Part shown: positions 42,310-51,265 of the stretch, in pieces
Numbering within the stretch: position 1 is the first letter of the stretch
How the letters are laid out: each line of letters starts with the position of its first letter
Origin: Promethearchaeota archaeon
Lineage (GTDB): Archaea > Asgardarchaeota > Lokiarchaeia > Sigyniarchaeales > SOKP01
Assembly (NCBI GenBank): GCA_029838195.1
Contig: JALGVJ010000004.1
Coordinates: 128,001-192,000 of the forward strand
DNA length: 64,000 nucleotides
Direction of reading: 5' to 3'
The notes under the pieces: generated by a model
What the model was told of the DNA's origin: nothing
The model's database searches: none
The model's input: the letters and a program-made list of their open reading frames with translations, nothing else
Made by a program: the position numbers and the translations under genes

Positions 42310-43504
42310 ATCTTCCTTTAAATATTTCTCTACGGATTTCGTGAGAAAATTATCTTTTCCGCGTCTTGCCGGCTCTGATGGGGAACAAAAAGCTCAAGAA
42401 CTTATTGAGTCAGAATTGAAGCGTCTCGGTATTGATGCTTTTGAAAAGGAACCTTTTAACTACACTACTTTTTTTATGAACGTATTATTACGATTTTATA
42501 ATCCCCTTATTGGACTTCTGATGATCTTCATTTACTTATCACTTCATTTTAAATTTCATGGATTGACTATCGTGTTAACCATTTTATTATTTATTTTATC
42601 GTGGTTTGGGAGGCAAATTAGGGAAAAAATCCAATTTACGTTTAGGAAAATAGGAAAGCTGAAGACATCATTTAATTATATCATTAAATTGCAAGCTAAT
42701 AAGGAGGAGGAAAAAAATAAGAAGAATATAGTGCTTTTTGCCCATTATGATTCCATTAGTCATGAATTTCATCCTTTATTCGCAGGCGCAATTTATCTTT
42801 TTTCACTTTTGGGGGGCTCAATTTTTTCAGTCCATGTCATTATCGTTTTATTTTTATTTTATTTCAATTTTGTTTCAGACCTTATTTTAATCCAATTTAT
42901 CTATAGTTTTTTCCTTGCGGGGTTCTATGGGATTCAATTATTTAATCGACGCCATAATAAATCGTCAGGAACTGCTGATAATGCTACCGGCGTGGCATGT
43001 GCCCTATATTTAGCGGATTATTTTAACAAAAATAGATTAAAATACTTGAATTTAATAATCGTGCTCACCGGAGCCGAAGAAATGGGAGATTACGGCGCGT
43101 ATAGCTTCATTAAAACGCATTGTAAAGAATTTGAAAAAACCAATTCATTTTTTCTAATTTTTGATACCTTAGGCTCAAAAAAACAAATGAATTTTTATGC
43201 TTGGTCGCAGGGCTTGCTCCCACGACACGTGTTCTCTCCCACATTGAATAAACACCTCCAAGAGTTTTTAGAAAAAAAGGGTGTTAATAAGTATAAAATA
43301 AAACCGTTTGCCATTCCTCCCTTCATTCATTATTCCACGGATCACGCCCCTTTAAAACCTCTTAGATACGAATTCCTTGTATTTTTCTCTAATGCTCCGA
43401 TTCATTCTTCTCGTGATAATCTTCAAAATTATTCTCCTGAAATGCTTGAAGATTTTAATAGATTCATGACGGATTTTATACTTCATTTAGATGAAAAACT
43501 ATAA
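42302..43504 (+). CDS. Membrane-embedded M28 family peptidase
   Basis: FPRLAGS, AHYDS, ADNATG, GAEEMG, STDH; two TM hairpins; overlaps the GTPase stop. Confidence 0.85.
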   Translation: MLESSFKYFSTDFVRKLSFPRLAGSDGEQKAQELIESELKRLGIDAFEKEPFNYTTFFMNVLLRFYNPLIGLLMIFIYLSLHFKFHGLTIVLTILLFILSWFGRQIREKIQFTFRKIGKLKTSFNYIIKLQANKEEEKNKKNIVLFAHYDSISHEFHPLFAGAIYLFSLLGGSIFSVHVIIVLFLFYFNFVSDLILIQFIYSFFLAGFYGIQLFNRRHNKSSGTADNATGVACALYLADYFNKNRLKYLNLIIVLTGAEEMGDYGAYSFIKTHCKEFEKTNSFFLIFDTLGSKKQMNFYAWSQGLLPRHVFSPTLNKHLQEFLEKKGVNKYKIKPFAIPPFIHYSTDHAPLKPLRYEFLVFFSNAPIHSSRDNLQNYSPEMLEDFNRFMTDFILHLDEKL

Positions 43505-43510
43505 AAAAAA

Positions 43511-43823
43511 TATGAGGTAGCAAATTAATCTCATCTCCGGCCAAATTGCGGCCCCGCCTTTTTTTATTTTTTGTCGAACATGCTTATTCACATCCACGTC
43601 AAATTCCTTGTATTGCTTGCTTCTTGCCCGACCAATAGCGCTTATTTCCCGCATGGTAGCGCTTAATTGCTTATGCCGGCTCGTCCCGTTCACAATTTTT
43701 CGATTCATTAATATATAATGGATCGTCATGTCTTTCAACTTTCTGGTAGTTCAACTTTCTGGTGGTTTTGTCGTCAATCTTAGAGCTGGAGCGTGGTAAC
43801 TGAGATTAATTTGCTACCTCATA
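43511..43823. mobile_element. MITE / internally deleted IS with 23-bp perfect terminal inverted repeats
   Basis: TATGAGGTAGCAAATTAATCTCA (43511-43533) vs TGAGATTAATTTGCTACCTCATA (43801-43823); poly-A flanks; GC-richer interior; internal repeat TTCAACTTTCTGGT at 43734 and 43750. Confidence 0.85.
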
Positions 43824-43864
43824 AAAAAAAAATCGAAAAAGAAAAAGAAAATAAGGAATTTCGT

Positions 43865-44806
43865 TTATTCCTTTAAAAGGTCTAAAATTTCTTCTTTTGT
43901 TAATTCTAAATATTTCGCTTTTATTAATGAGTCACCAATTAAAGTTTTAAAATTCTTCTTGCGTTTTTTATTTATGAATTTCTTCATTTCCGTTAAGTCC
44001 GGGTTATCGTTGGTAATTTCAAGCAATTTCTTCTTGACCGCCCCATCCACCACCTTTTGTCCTACTTCCGTTCGAATGATTAACATGGCTTCTCCTTTTG
44101 GAGCACCCCACGGTGAATAAGAAATGTCGGAAAATTCTCCCGAAAAATCCGTGCAATATTTGCACGCTGTCATGCCTCCAGAAGAACAAGCATATGCAAT
44201 CTTTAGAGAAAGCGTTTCCCTAATGCCAGTATTAAAATCTGAATTGTAAATTTTAGCAATCCCTCGAATATGACACGGATTTCCAACAAATCCCACTTGC
44301 TTTTTCCTCTCAAGATAAGCTTTCCCAATTCCCGTCACGAGAGGCCCCGCATTATCCATGGTTTTATCAGGAATGTATTTTTTAGCAGTTTCAGCATCAT
44401 CAACAACGACCGGATACGCAACAGGTGGTTTCTTGCTTTTTGGTTCCGTAAGTACCATATGTTTTACAATACCCTCTTCAAAAGCTGCTTTAACAAGATT
44501 ATACAAGATAGAATCCTTATTCTTTGATTTAACTTGTATGATATTTTTATAAACTCCAACGGCAAGGTCCTTTCTTGTTTCTCCAAAAATTCCTGTTTCT
44601 ATTTTGTTAATAGGGAAAAATGTTCTGGGGCATGAGTTATAGCATAAGCCTACTGTTTCTGCACACTCATCAACCACGAATGCTTCCCCCGTTTCCTTAT
44701 TGAAATCCATGTGGGGACAAAATGCATTGCAAGAGCCACAATGAATGCACAATCCCGCATATATTACTTCATTTTCAAGGTCTTGACTTGATTTTTCTAC
44801 TTTCAT
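43865..44806 (-). CDS. Coenzyme F420 hydrogenase/dehydrogenase beta-subunit (FrhB/FdhB) family protein
   Basis: CIHCGSCNAFCP...CYNSCPR ferredoxin; VGNPCH; CKYCTDFSGEFSDIS; IIRTEVG. Confidence 0.85.
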   Translation of the reverse strand: MKVEKSSQDLENEVIYAGLCIHCGSCNAFCPHMDFNKETGEAFVVDECAETVGLCYNSCPRTFFPINKIETGIFGETRKDLAVGVYKNIIQVKSKNKDSILYNLVKAAFEEGIVKHMVLTEPKSKKPPVAYPVVVDDAETAKKYIPDKTMDNAGPLVTGIGKAYLERKKQVGFVGNPCHIRGIAKIYNSDFNTGIRETLSLKIAYACSSGGMTACKYCTDFSGEFSDISYSPWGAPKGEAMLIIRTEVGQKVVDGAVKKKLLEITNDNPDLTEMKKFINKKRKKNFKTLIGDSLIKAKYLELTKEEILDLLKE

Positions 44807-44912
44807 CTATTTTTACCTATAAAATAATGTTAAATAAGTATAATGAGATAAAAGAAGCTTCAAATAAAAAGTTTGAAATTTCAAACTATGCGAAGAAGTA
44901 TTATATCTTTTT

Positions 44913-45194
44913 TTATTCCAAAAAACGTGAACAAGTATCTTTTATGGGCTTAATAACGTGTTCTCTATCTTTCCACGCCACCCAACTATTTCCTAATTTT
45001 TCAAAATGAAAGCCACAGTAATTTTCTTGCTTTAATTTTTCCAGTATTTTTTTTACATAAGTCCAAGAGAGATTAGTTTTTGACACGACTTCAGCAATAT
45101 CGATGGGCCTATTCATTTCTAATTCATTATTCAAGAAATCCAAGATTTTTTCGAATCCTGTTTTGGGAGAAGAGGCATTTGAGTTAGAAGAAAT
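44913..45194 (-). CDS. Small winged-HTH protein; probable ATT start at 45194 (track start TTG at 45143)
   Basis: IAEVVSKTNLSWTYVKKILEKL HTH pattern; in-frame extension SSNSNASSPKTGFEKI behind AGGTGA. Confidence 0.65.
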   Translation of the reverse strand: MSSNSNASSPKTGFEKILDFLNNELEMNRPIDIAEVVSKTNLSWTYVKKILEKLKQENYCGFHFEKLGNSWVAWKDREHVIKPIKDTCSRFLE

Positions 45195-45430
45195 TTTCTT
45201 TTCACCTTATTTTTTATTGCCGGTATTGTATTAAATTAGGAAGGGAGGCATTTTTTCTCCAAAATTAAATTTTTTCCATGAACAATAATGCATTATTGAA
45301 AATAAATTCATGAATTATAAACGAGAGATTAAACATTAATAATAAAATTTTAATGGAGAGATTATTTTAAAAGGAATTAAATTTAATTCAAAAAAAGATT
45401 TACATCAATCGGTCATTTAAAATTAGAAAA

Positions 45431-46693
45431 ATGGTTTTTAATAAATTGAGAGAAATTTCGGGAACGTTTTTTCAAGACGGAATGAATAAAGAAATATTTC
45501 TGGAATTAACGCCTGCTTTATTTTTTCTCGTGAACCATGTTGAGAGAGAGGGAGATTTTGAAGAGCGCGTTGAAAATCTGAACATGTCATGGATATCTAA
45601 CGAAAAATTATTCGATCTATTGGAATATCTATTAATTTCTGATAAATCACCTTCAATAAGAAGGGGCGCTGCGTTATGTTTGTTGCATTTATATCCGAAA
45701 AAATGTTCCAAGCCTATAATTTGGGCCATTCAACATGAAAGGTCAATAATCATCTTAAAAACCTTGCACGATTTTATTTTCTCTCACGATACATCAGAAA
45801 TGAAGGTTTTACGTTTTTTTTTAAATAAAAGATTAGAACACCTATATAAAATAGTTCCAGAAGAAGCCGGTGTCTTGTTGGAATTAGGCGCAATTAAAGT
45901 TAGGAAAAATATCGTACATGATTATAAAATTATTATTGAAAAAAAGCATGTCATCACGTTAGAGCTTCCCGGCTGGCATTTAAAGAAGCTACCACGGTGC
46001 ATTGGTAATCTTAAAAGATTAAAATTGCTGAATCTTTGGGATAATAATTTGACTCATTTACCTTCCACCTTTAGGAAGCTTACAGCTCTTCAATCGTTAT
46101 ATTTAGATTGGAATCATTTTTCAAAACTTCCCTACGTTCTTTCCCACATGAAATCCTTGAAAAAGATTAGTCTCACGAATAACAACAGGCTAAAAAAACT
46201 TCCAGATTCCATGCTAAAACTTTCAAGAAAAGTCACCGCCCCTCATTATGAGTTTGAAAACGTCCATTCGGAAGATGCTACTATTTTAGGCTTGTTAGAA
46301 ATCATTATAGGGCAGAAATTGAAACAATTACAAGAAAATGGGCCCCTTTCAAAAACGTGTGCTTGTCATTATAAAATAAATCAAGATGGACGAGTTATTG
46401 GAATTTACATCTATGGGTATTATTTTTTCCAAATTTCCTTTTTTCCGGAACAAATAAGTAAATTAAAATATTTAGAAGAGTTGAGTATTCGGGACCAGAA
46501 TATCAATTCCATTCCAAATTCAATTGAGCAATTATTGCATTTAAAAAAATTAGATTTAATGAATAATCAATTTAATGAGATTCCTGATGTTTTACTGAGA
46601 TTAAAATCTTTGAAACTAGTTGATTTAAGTTATAATCAAATTAACCAAATTCCTCCTCGTTTCTTGAGAAAGAAAATGGAAATTTGGGTATAA
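45431..46693 (+). CDS. Leucine-rich-repeat protein with an N-terminal HEAT-like segment
   Basis: Two blocks of LxxLxLxxNxLxxLP repeats; DKSPSIRRGAALCL. Confidence 0.88.
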   Translation: MVFNKLREISGTFFQDGMNKEIFLELTPALFFLVNHVEREGDFEERVENLNMSWISNEKLFDLLEYLLISDKSPSIRRGAALCLLHLYPKKCSKPIIWAIQHERSIIILKTLHDFIFSHDTSEMKVLRFFLNKRLEHLYKIVPEEAGVLLELGAIKVRKNIVHDYKIIIEKKHVITLELPGWHLKKLPRCIGNLKRLKLLNLWDNNLTHLPSTFRKLTALQSLYLDWNHFSKLPYVLSHMKSLKKISLTNNNRLKKLPDSMLKLSRKVTAPHYEFENVHSEDATILGLLEIIIGQKLKQLQENGPLSKTCACHYKINQDGRVIGIYIYGYYFFQISFFPEQISKLKYLEELSIRDQNINSIPNSIEQLLHLKKLDLMNNQFNEIPDVLLRLKSLKLVDLSYNQINQIPPRFLRKKMEIWV

Positions 46694-46707
46694 AATTCTG
46701 ATTAAGC

Positions 46708-47913
46708 CTATTTCATGTTCTTAAACTTACCCGTTCGCATTAATTCACAGGGCAAAAAGTATGATTTTCCTGATTCTTCTACAAAATCTTCTAATTTTTT
46801 GCACCATTTTTCATAATTTCTTTTTCCGGGGCCAAAAGGACCGGGAATATCGAACGCTGCTAAAATTGCTTCATCAATTTCCTTATAACTCTTAACTACG
46901 CCCTCTTCTAAAAGGCGGCATGCTTCATTTAATTGTAATGCCATGTATAAATCTACATCAAACAAGTTAGCTTTTTCCGAGGATTTCCTTTTTAACTTAC
47001 CATCTTCCGTCCATTCACATATTCCCTTGCCCGTTTTACGCCCCAAATTGCCCTCTTTCACTAATTTTTGCAATACTCTTCCCGGAGCAAAATCCGGTGA
47101 AAGTGTTTTTTCAAAATATTTTAAAGTATCCATTTGTATATCCAATCCTAAATAATCCCATTTTGCACAAGGTCCCATTTGGTGCATGTACGCAAAATCA
47201 GCATCAATATTTTCAAGTGGAATACCACGATCCATTGCTTTATCAAGAAGCCAACTAATATACACGCTGGTCGGTATCATGACCCGATTTACAATGAATC
47301 CAGGGCTCTCTTTTTCAATTCTAACGCATTTTCTTTTACCTTTTAAGGAAGGAAATCTTTCACCCACGGCAATGGCAATTTCCATGGTTTCTTCAGATGT
47401 TTTTCCCTTGATTATTTCGATTAAGCGGAGTAATGGAACAGGGATAAAAAAATGCATGCCAACTACTTTATCGGGACGATTGCATTTTTCTGCTATTTTA
47501 GTTATGCTCATGGTGGATGTATTCGTCGCTAATATGGAATGAGAAGGAGATAGATGCCCTAATTTTTCAAATAATTCTTGTTTTAATTCTAGTTTTTCTG
47601 GAATGGCTTCTATGATGAAATCTGCTTCCGCCACGGCTTCTTTTAAATCCAAATTTAAATTCAATTTTTTCATCAAAAGAGCTGTTGTAAAATTAGAGGG
47701 CAATTTTCCCTTTTGTTCAATTTTCGAGAGCCCTTTATTAATATAATCCCGTGCATTATTCAATATCTCGGAAGAAATATCAATCATATTAACTTTTTCA
47801 AAACCCGCCATGAGTGCAACTTCCGTTATTTCTCTCCCCATGGTTCCAGCTCCAACCACGGCGATTTGTTTAACATGAGATATATCAACCATTGTTCTTA
47901 CACTTGATTGCAA
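46708..47913 (-). CDS. 3-hydroxyacyl-CoA dehydrogenase
   Basis: VVGAGTMG, EAIPE, ATNTST, GMHFF, PGFIVNR, LGRKTGKG. Confidence 0.93.
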   Translation of the reverse strand: MQSSVRTMVDISHVKQIAVVGAGTMGREITEVALMAGFEKVNMIDISSEILNNARDYINKGLSKIEQKGKLPSNFTTALLMKKLNLNLDLKEAVAEADFIIEAIPEKLELKQELFEKLGHLSPSHSILATNTSTMSITKIAEKCNRPDKVVGMHFFIPVPLLRLIEIIKGKTSEETMEIAIAVGERFPSLKGKRKCVRIEKESPGFIVNRVMIPTSVYISWLLDKAMDRGIPLENIDADFAYMHQMGPCAKWDYLGLDIQMDTLKYFEKTLSPDFAPGRVLQKLVKEGNLGRKTGKGICEWTEDGKLKRKSSEKANLFDVDLYMALQLNEACRLLEEGVVKSYKEIDEAILAAFDIPGPFGPGKRNYEKWCKKLEDFVEESGKSYFLPCELMRTGKFKNMK

Positions 47914-47970
47914 TTTTCTTTAAATTCATGTATAAAAAACGTAAATTAAATAAAAAATTTAATATTACCA

Positions 47971-48185
47971 TTAGAGTGCGGGAAAGTACGCACTCTTTAG
48001 GAGGAGGATGATTCGCCCGTGGATTTAAATACTCACAATCCAATAATGATTATTAAGAAGATAGCCCCCAGCTTCTCTAACCGTAGAAACGAGATGGTTA
48101 ACGTTTGGAAAGAATGTAAAACTGACACTCGTCAGCAATTCTCGATGAGTTACGAATCTTACGCCTTTAGGTGAGAGTCGTTCAA
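47971..48185 (+). mobile_element. Non-autonomous IS200/IS605-family derivative (PATE-like) with left- and right-end hairpins and a tnpB 3'/omega-RNA-like segment
   Basis: Hairpin AGAGTGCG-N8-CGCACTCT followed by TTAGGAGGAGGATGA; right end GAATCTTACGCCTTTAGGTGAGAGTCGTTCA(A); no ORF inside. Confidence 0.72.
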
Positions 48186-48198
48186 TTCTTGACAGAGT

Positions 48199-49233
48199 TC
48201 ATGTTAAAAACAATTGAAAGATATTCCAAGAGATTACCATGGTTAAAATTCCCAGAAAAATGGAGATAGGGAGTCCGGGTAAAATCTTGTTTCGTTTTAA
48301 TCCTGTAATCGTGATCCCCGTCCCGATGATGATAGCAATAGCAGTTAAAATCATTACAATTATATTCTCCGTCTGTATCAAGGCTGCAGATGTTAGCATG
48401 CTGTAAAAAGTTAAATCTCCGATTCCAATCTCTAATTGCGAAGTATCATATTCCAATTCACCTTCTTGTATTTTTTCTTCGATTGCTTCCCTTGCCATCT
48501 CTCGATCAGAATATTCTTCCGAGATATAATCAATCATTCTTCGAATAGGTCCTCTTTTTGCCTTGACTGCATAAATATCCCACAGGGAGATCCCTATTAA
48601 TATGGCTAAAGTTGTCCAAAGAGGCATGATCACTCCAAGAAGTGCGCCGGTCATTAACCCTATATATAAAACTAAGAAATTTCTGAAATGATAGGATTCA
48701 GCCGTGAAATATTTGTATAATATGAACAGAGTGAAAAAAGATATACAAGCAAGAAGGATGTAGTATAAAATAACATAAAGAAGAAGGTTGAATTCAGTAT
48801 ATTCTACATTGTAAAACCCTAAAAAAAGAAGAATTTCAACATAAAATAAGGTTAAAAAGAAACACAGGAATCCAAAACTAATCCCAAACACGTATTTTAA
48901 CACGTTAATGCCCCTCTTTTTAATTAAAAAGATAATTGTAAAAGAAGACACGGCGGCAATTGCAGTAAAAATAATGCCATTTAAAAGTCCAGCGGTTGGA
49001 CCATATTCTTCTTCTGAAATATATCCTCCGTCAATTTGAATTCCGGCCTCTACATAAGTAATATAAGCTAAAATTCCCGCACAAATTACAACAATAATAA
49101 TAGGAATTGGATATAATTCTCGCTTTACTCTATATGTAGGAAAATAATTTGGTATGTTGCTTTTCTTTATCTTTTCTTGAGATTGTTCTCTTATTGAAGG
49201 AGAAGAGTTAGAATTATCGGGGGTTTGAGACAT
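48199..49233 (-). CDS. Presenilin-like GxGD intramembrane aspartyl protease (A22)
   Basis: SLWDIYAV, GPIRRM, IGIGDLTFYS, LPGLPISI; ~9 TM segments. Confidence 0.9.
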   Translation of the reverse strand: MSQTPDNSNSSPSIREQSQEKIKKSNIPNYFPTYRVKRELYPIPIIIVVICAGILAYITYVEAGIQIDGGYISEEEYGPTAGLLNGIIFTAIAAVSSFTIIFLIKKRGINVLKYVFGISFGFLCFFLTLFYVEILLFLGFYNVEYTEFNLLLYVILYYILLACISFFTLFILYKYFTAESYHFRNFLVLYIGLMTGALLGVIMPLWTTLAILIGISLWDIYAVKAKRGPIRRMIDYISEEYSDREMAREAIEEKIQEGELEYDTSQLEIGIGDLTFYSMLTSAALIQTENIIVMILTAIAIIIGTGITITGLKRNKILPGLPISIFLGILTMVISWNIFQLFLT

Positions 49234-49346
49234 TCGGAAAATGTGAGTTTTAATGATACTAATTATTCTTTCATTTAAAAAATTATCATGGATAAATTTT
49301 TGGGTAAAATATATATAATTGGAAAAAAAATTAAAGAATAAGACTT

Positions 49347-50273
49347 TTATTCCTCGGAAGCTTCTGATGTGGCCGTGAGAGGGGCATCAATCACTACTAA
49401 GCTGCTTTTTTTCCAAGTTTTCAATGAGATCATCCCAATTATTAGCAATAATATTGGATATATTATAACTTCTAATAGGGAGGGATTCGCATTATATCCG
49501 AGCAATGTTTTCATCAAGGAACCTACAATCTCAAGCCAGGCGGGAGTAGTAGCGAGGTCATCTGGAAAATTTTCGGGTAAAACATGTTTAATATTATAGA
49601 GTTCTTCTACAATGGGGTTAATCAAATTTGCTTCAATTAATTCGTGAAGTCCATACGTGATTAACCCTGCTGCAAAGAAAATCAAAACGATATTAGTAAT
49701 TTTAAAAAAATTTGCTAAGGATAGCGTTTTTACCCTATAAAAAATTAAAATTCCCAAGATAAGAGCCCCGCCAATGCCAACTACTGATCCCAGAATGATG
49801 CTTTCAGGCTCTAAAGACTCCACCGCTGCGTTTCCTGTTAACATTAGAACTAATTCAATGCCTTCTCGAATGATAATGGTGAAAGTCAAAAAGGATATTG
49901 AAATGTATTTTTCTTTTTTGATTGATAATTTTACCTTTTGTTCTAATGTTTTTTTTAACTTAGGACCTTCCTTACTCATCCATAAGATCAATGTAATAAT
50001 GAAGATTCCTGAAAGGATAAAGGTAATTCCCTCAAAAATTTTTTCTAAAATTCCAGAAAATCCTCCTAAAAAGGCCTTAAAAGCCAAAGCAAATCCAACA
50101 CTTGAAATTATTGCTAAAATGCTTCCACCATATACATATTTATAATAATATTGTTGTTGCGTGTTTTTTAGATATAATAACAGAATAACAACGACAAGAA
50201 CGGCCTCTAAGCCTTCTCGAAAACTTAAAAAAATTGGAACCAAAATATCCACGATTGTTACTATTTTTTTCAC
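49347..50273 (-). CDS. FTR1/EfeU-type iron permease
   Basis: Two REGxE motifs (FREGLEA, IREGIEL); FAAGL..YGLHELIEA. Confidence 0.93.
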   Translation of the reverse strand: MKKIVTIVDILVPIFLSFREGLEAVLVVVILLLYLKNTQQQYYYKYVYGGSILAIISSVGFALAFKAFLGGFSGILEKIFEGITFILSGIFIITLILWMSKEGPKLKKTLEQKVKLSIKKEKYISISFLTFTIIIREGIELVLMLTGNAAVESLEPESIILGSVVGIGGALILGILIFYRVKTLSLANFFKITNIVLIFFAAGLITYGLHELIEANLINPIVEELYNIKHVLPENFPDDLATTPAWLEIVGSLMKTLLGYNANPSLLEVIIYPILLLIIGMISLKTWKKSSLVVIDAPLTATSEASEE

Positions 50274-50460
50274 CTATATTTTTAATTATTTTCGTGTTAA
50301 AAAAATAATTTTTAGTCATGCCTAATTATGAAAAAAATATTAATTTAAAAAACTTAAGGTTTATTTTTTATTAATCTCTTTTTATTCATGAAGTATTTTT
50401 TAAAACCCATCATTTAATATACATGAATTAAAGCAATCTCTAAATCGGTTTATCAAATTA

Positions 50461-51246
50461 ATGCCATCTAAATATAAGTATATAGAGAAAAAAATAAGAA
50501 AATACCGTAAAAATTTTTCAAACATAAAATTTAAAGAGAAGCTAATGAATTATGTTTATAAAATAGGAATATACAGTTCAAAAGATTTTGAATTAAAGGA
50601 AGATCTTGTAAGAAGAAAAATAATATTTCCTTGTCGTCTTGGAATCTTATTTTGTGAAACCGGACTTGCAGAGTCGTTTTTTGAGGAACTTTCAAATAAA
50701 TTGAATAATGTTTTTGACTCTTTCTTTTTTACCATTCAAAATTTAGGGCGTTATACCTTTTCAGATCACATGTTAAAAAAAGCAGTTAAGAATGCAAATA
50801 AAAAGGGAAAAGATTTCGCGGAAAAAAATTATAACCTACACTCGACTAATAAATTTTATACTATCCTGATTCAAGAACGGGTAAAACATGATTTGGATAT
50901 GATTGCAGCAATTACTGATTTACCGCTTTTCTCTTCTCATGATGATACTATTTTATTTTTATTCGGGGAGGCTCATTTAAAACATGCTTGTTGCATTATT
51001 TCTACTTTAAAATTAAAAGAAAGTTTTTATAATCGAAAAGAGAATCAGCGGTTGTTAGAACAAAGAATTATAAAAGAAGTTATCCATGAGATCGGGCATT
51101 TTTTTCTCGGACACGAACATTGCGTTGATCAATCGTGTGTCTTCTGCTTTTCAAATAACTTGGAAGATATTGATAATAAAGCCATTCATTTTTGCAATTC
51201 TTGCCAGCAAAAATTTGAGGATTTGAAAACAAAATTTAATATATGA
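50461..51246 (+). CDS. Archaemetzincin-family Zn protease (M54)
   Basis: KEVIHEIGHFFLGHEHC...CVF...DNK...FCNSC. Confidence 0.85.
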   Translation: MPSKYKYIEKKIRKYRKNFSNIKFKEKLMNYVYKIGIYSSKDFELKEDLVRRKIIFPCRLGILFCETGLAESFFEELSNKLNNVFDSFFFTIQNLGRYTFSDHMLKKAVKNANKKGKDFAEKNYNLHSTNKFYTILIQERVKHDLDMIAAITDLPLFSSHDDTILFLFGEAHLKHACCIISTLKLKESFYNRKENQRLLEQRIIKEVIHEIGHFFLGHEHCVDQSCVFCFSNNLEDIDNKAIHFCNSCQQKFEDLKTKFNI

Positions 51247-51265
51247 AGGTTGCAAAGAGATTTTT

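Noticed and set aside
43499-43738. 79-aa ORF as a genuine host gene
   Set aside because: It lies almost entirely within the TIR-bounded element and runs out through the repeat; treated as a transposase remnant
43865-44806. Selenoprotein or SECIS in the FrhB-family gene
   Set aside because: No in-frame TGA; the adjacent inverted repeat is explained by the MITE
5321-49233. A proto-gamma-secretase set (presenilin, M28 as nicastrin, dead CPBP as APH-1)
   Set aside because: The genes are kilobases to tens of kilobases apart, the M28 protein keeps its catalytic residues and has a different topology from nicastrin, and all three families are common
50250-50280. Possible ATA start for the FTR1 permease behind AGGTGA
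   Set aside because: In-frame GTG codons are available on both sides, so a non-canonical start is not required
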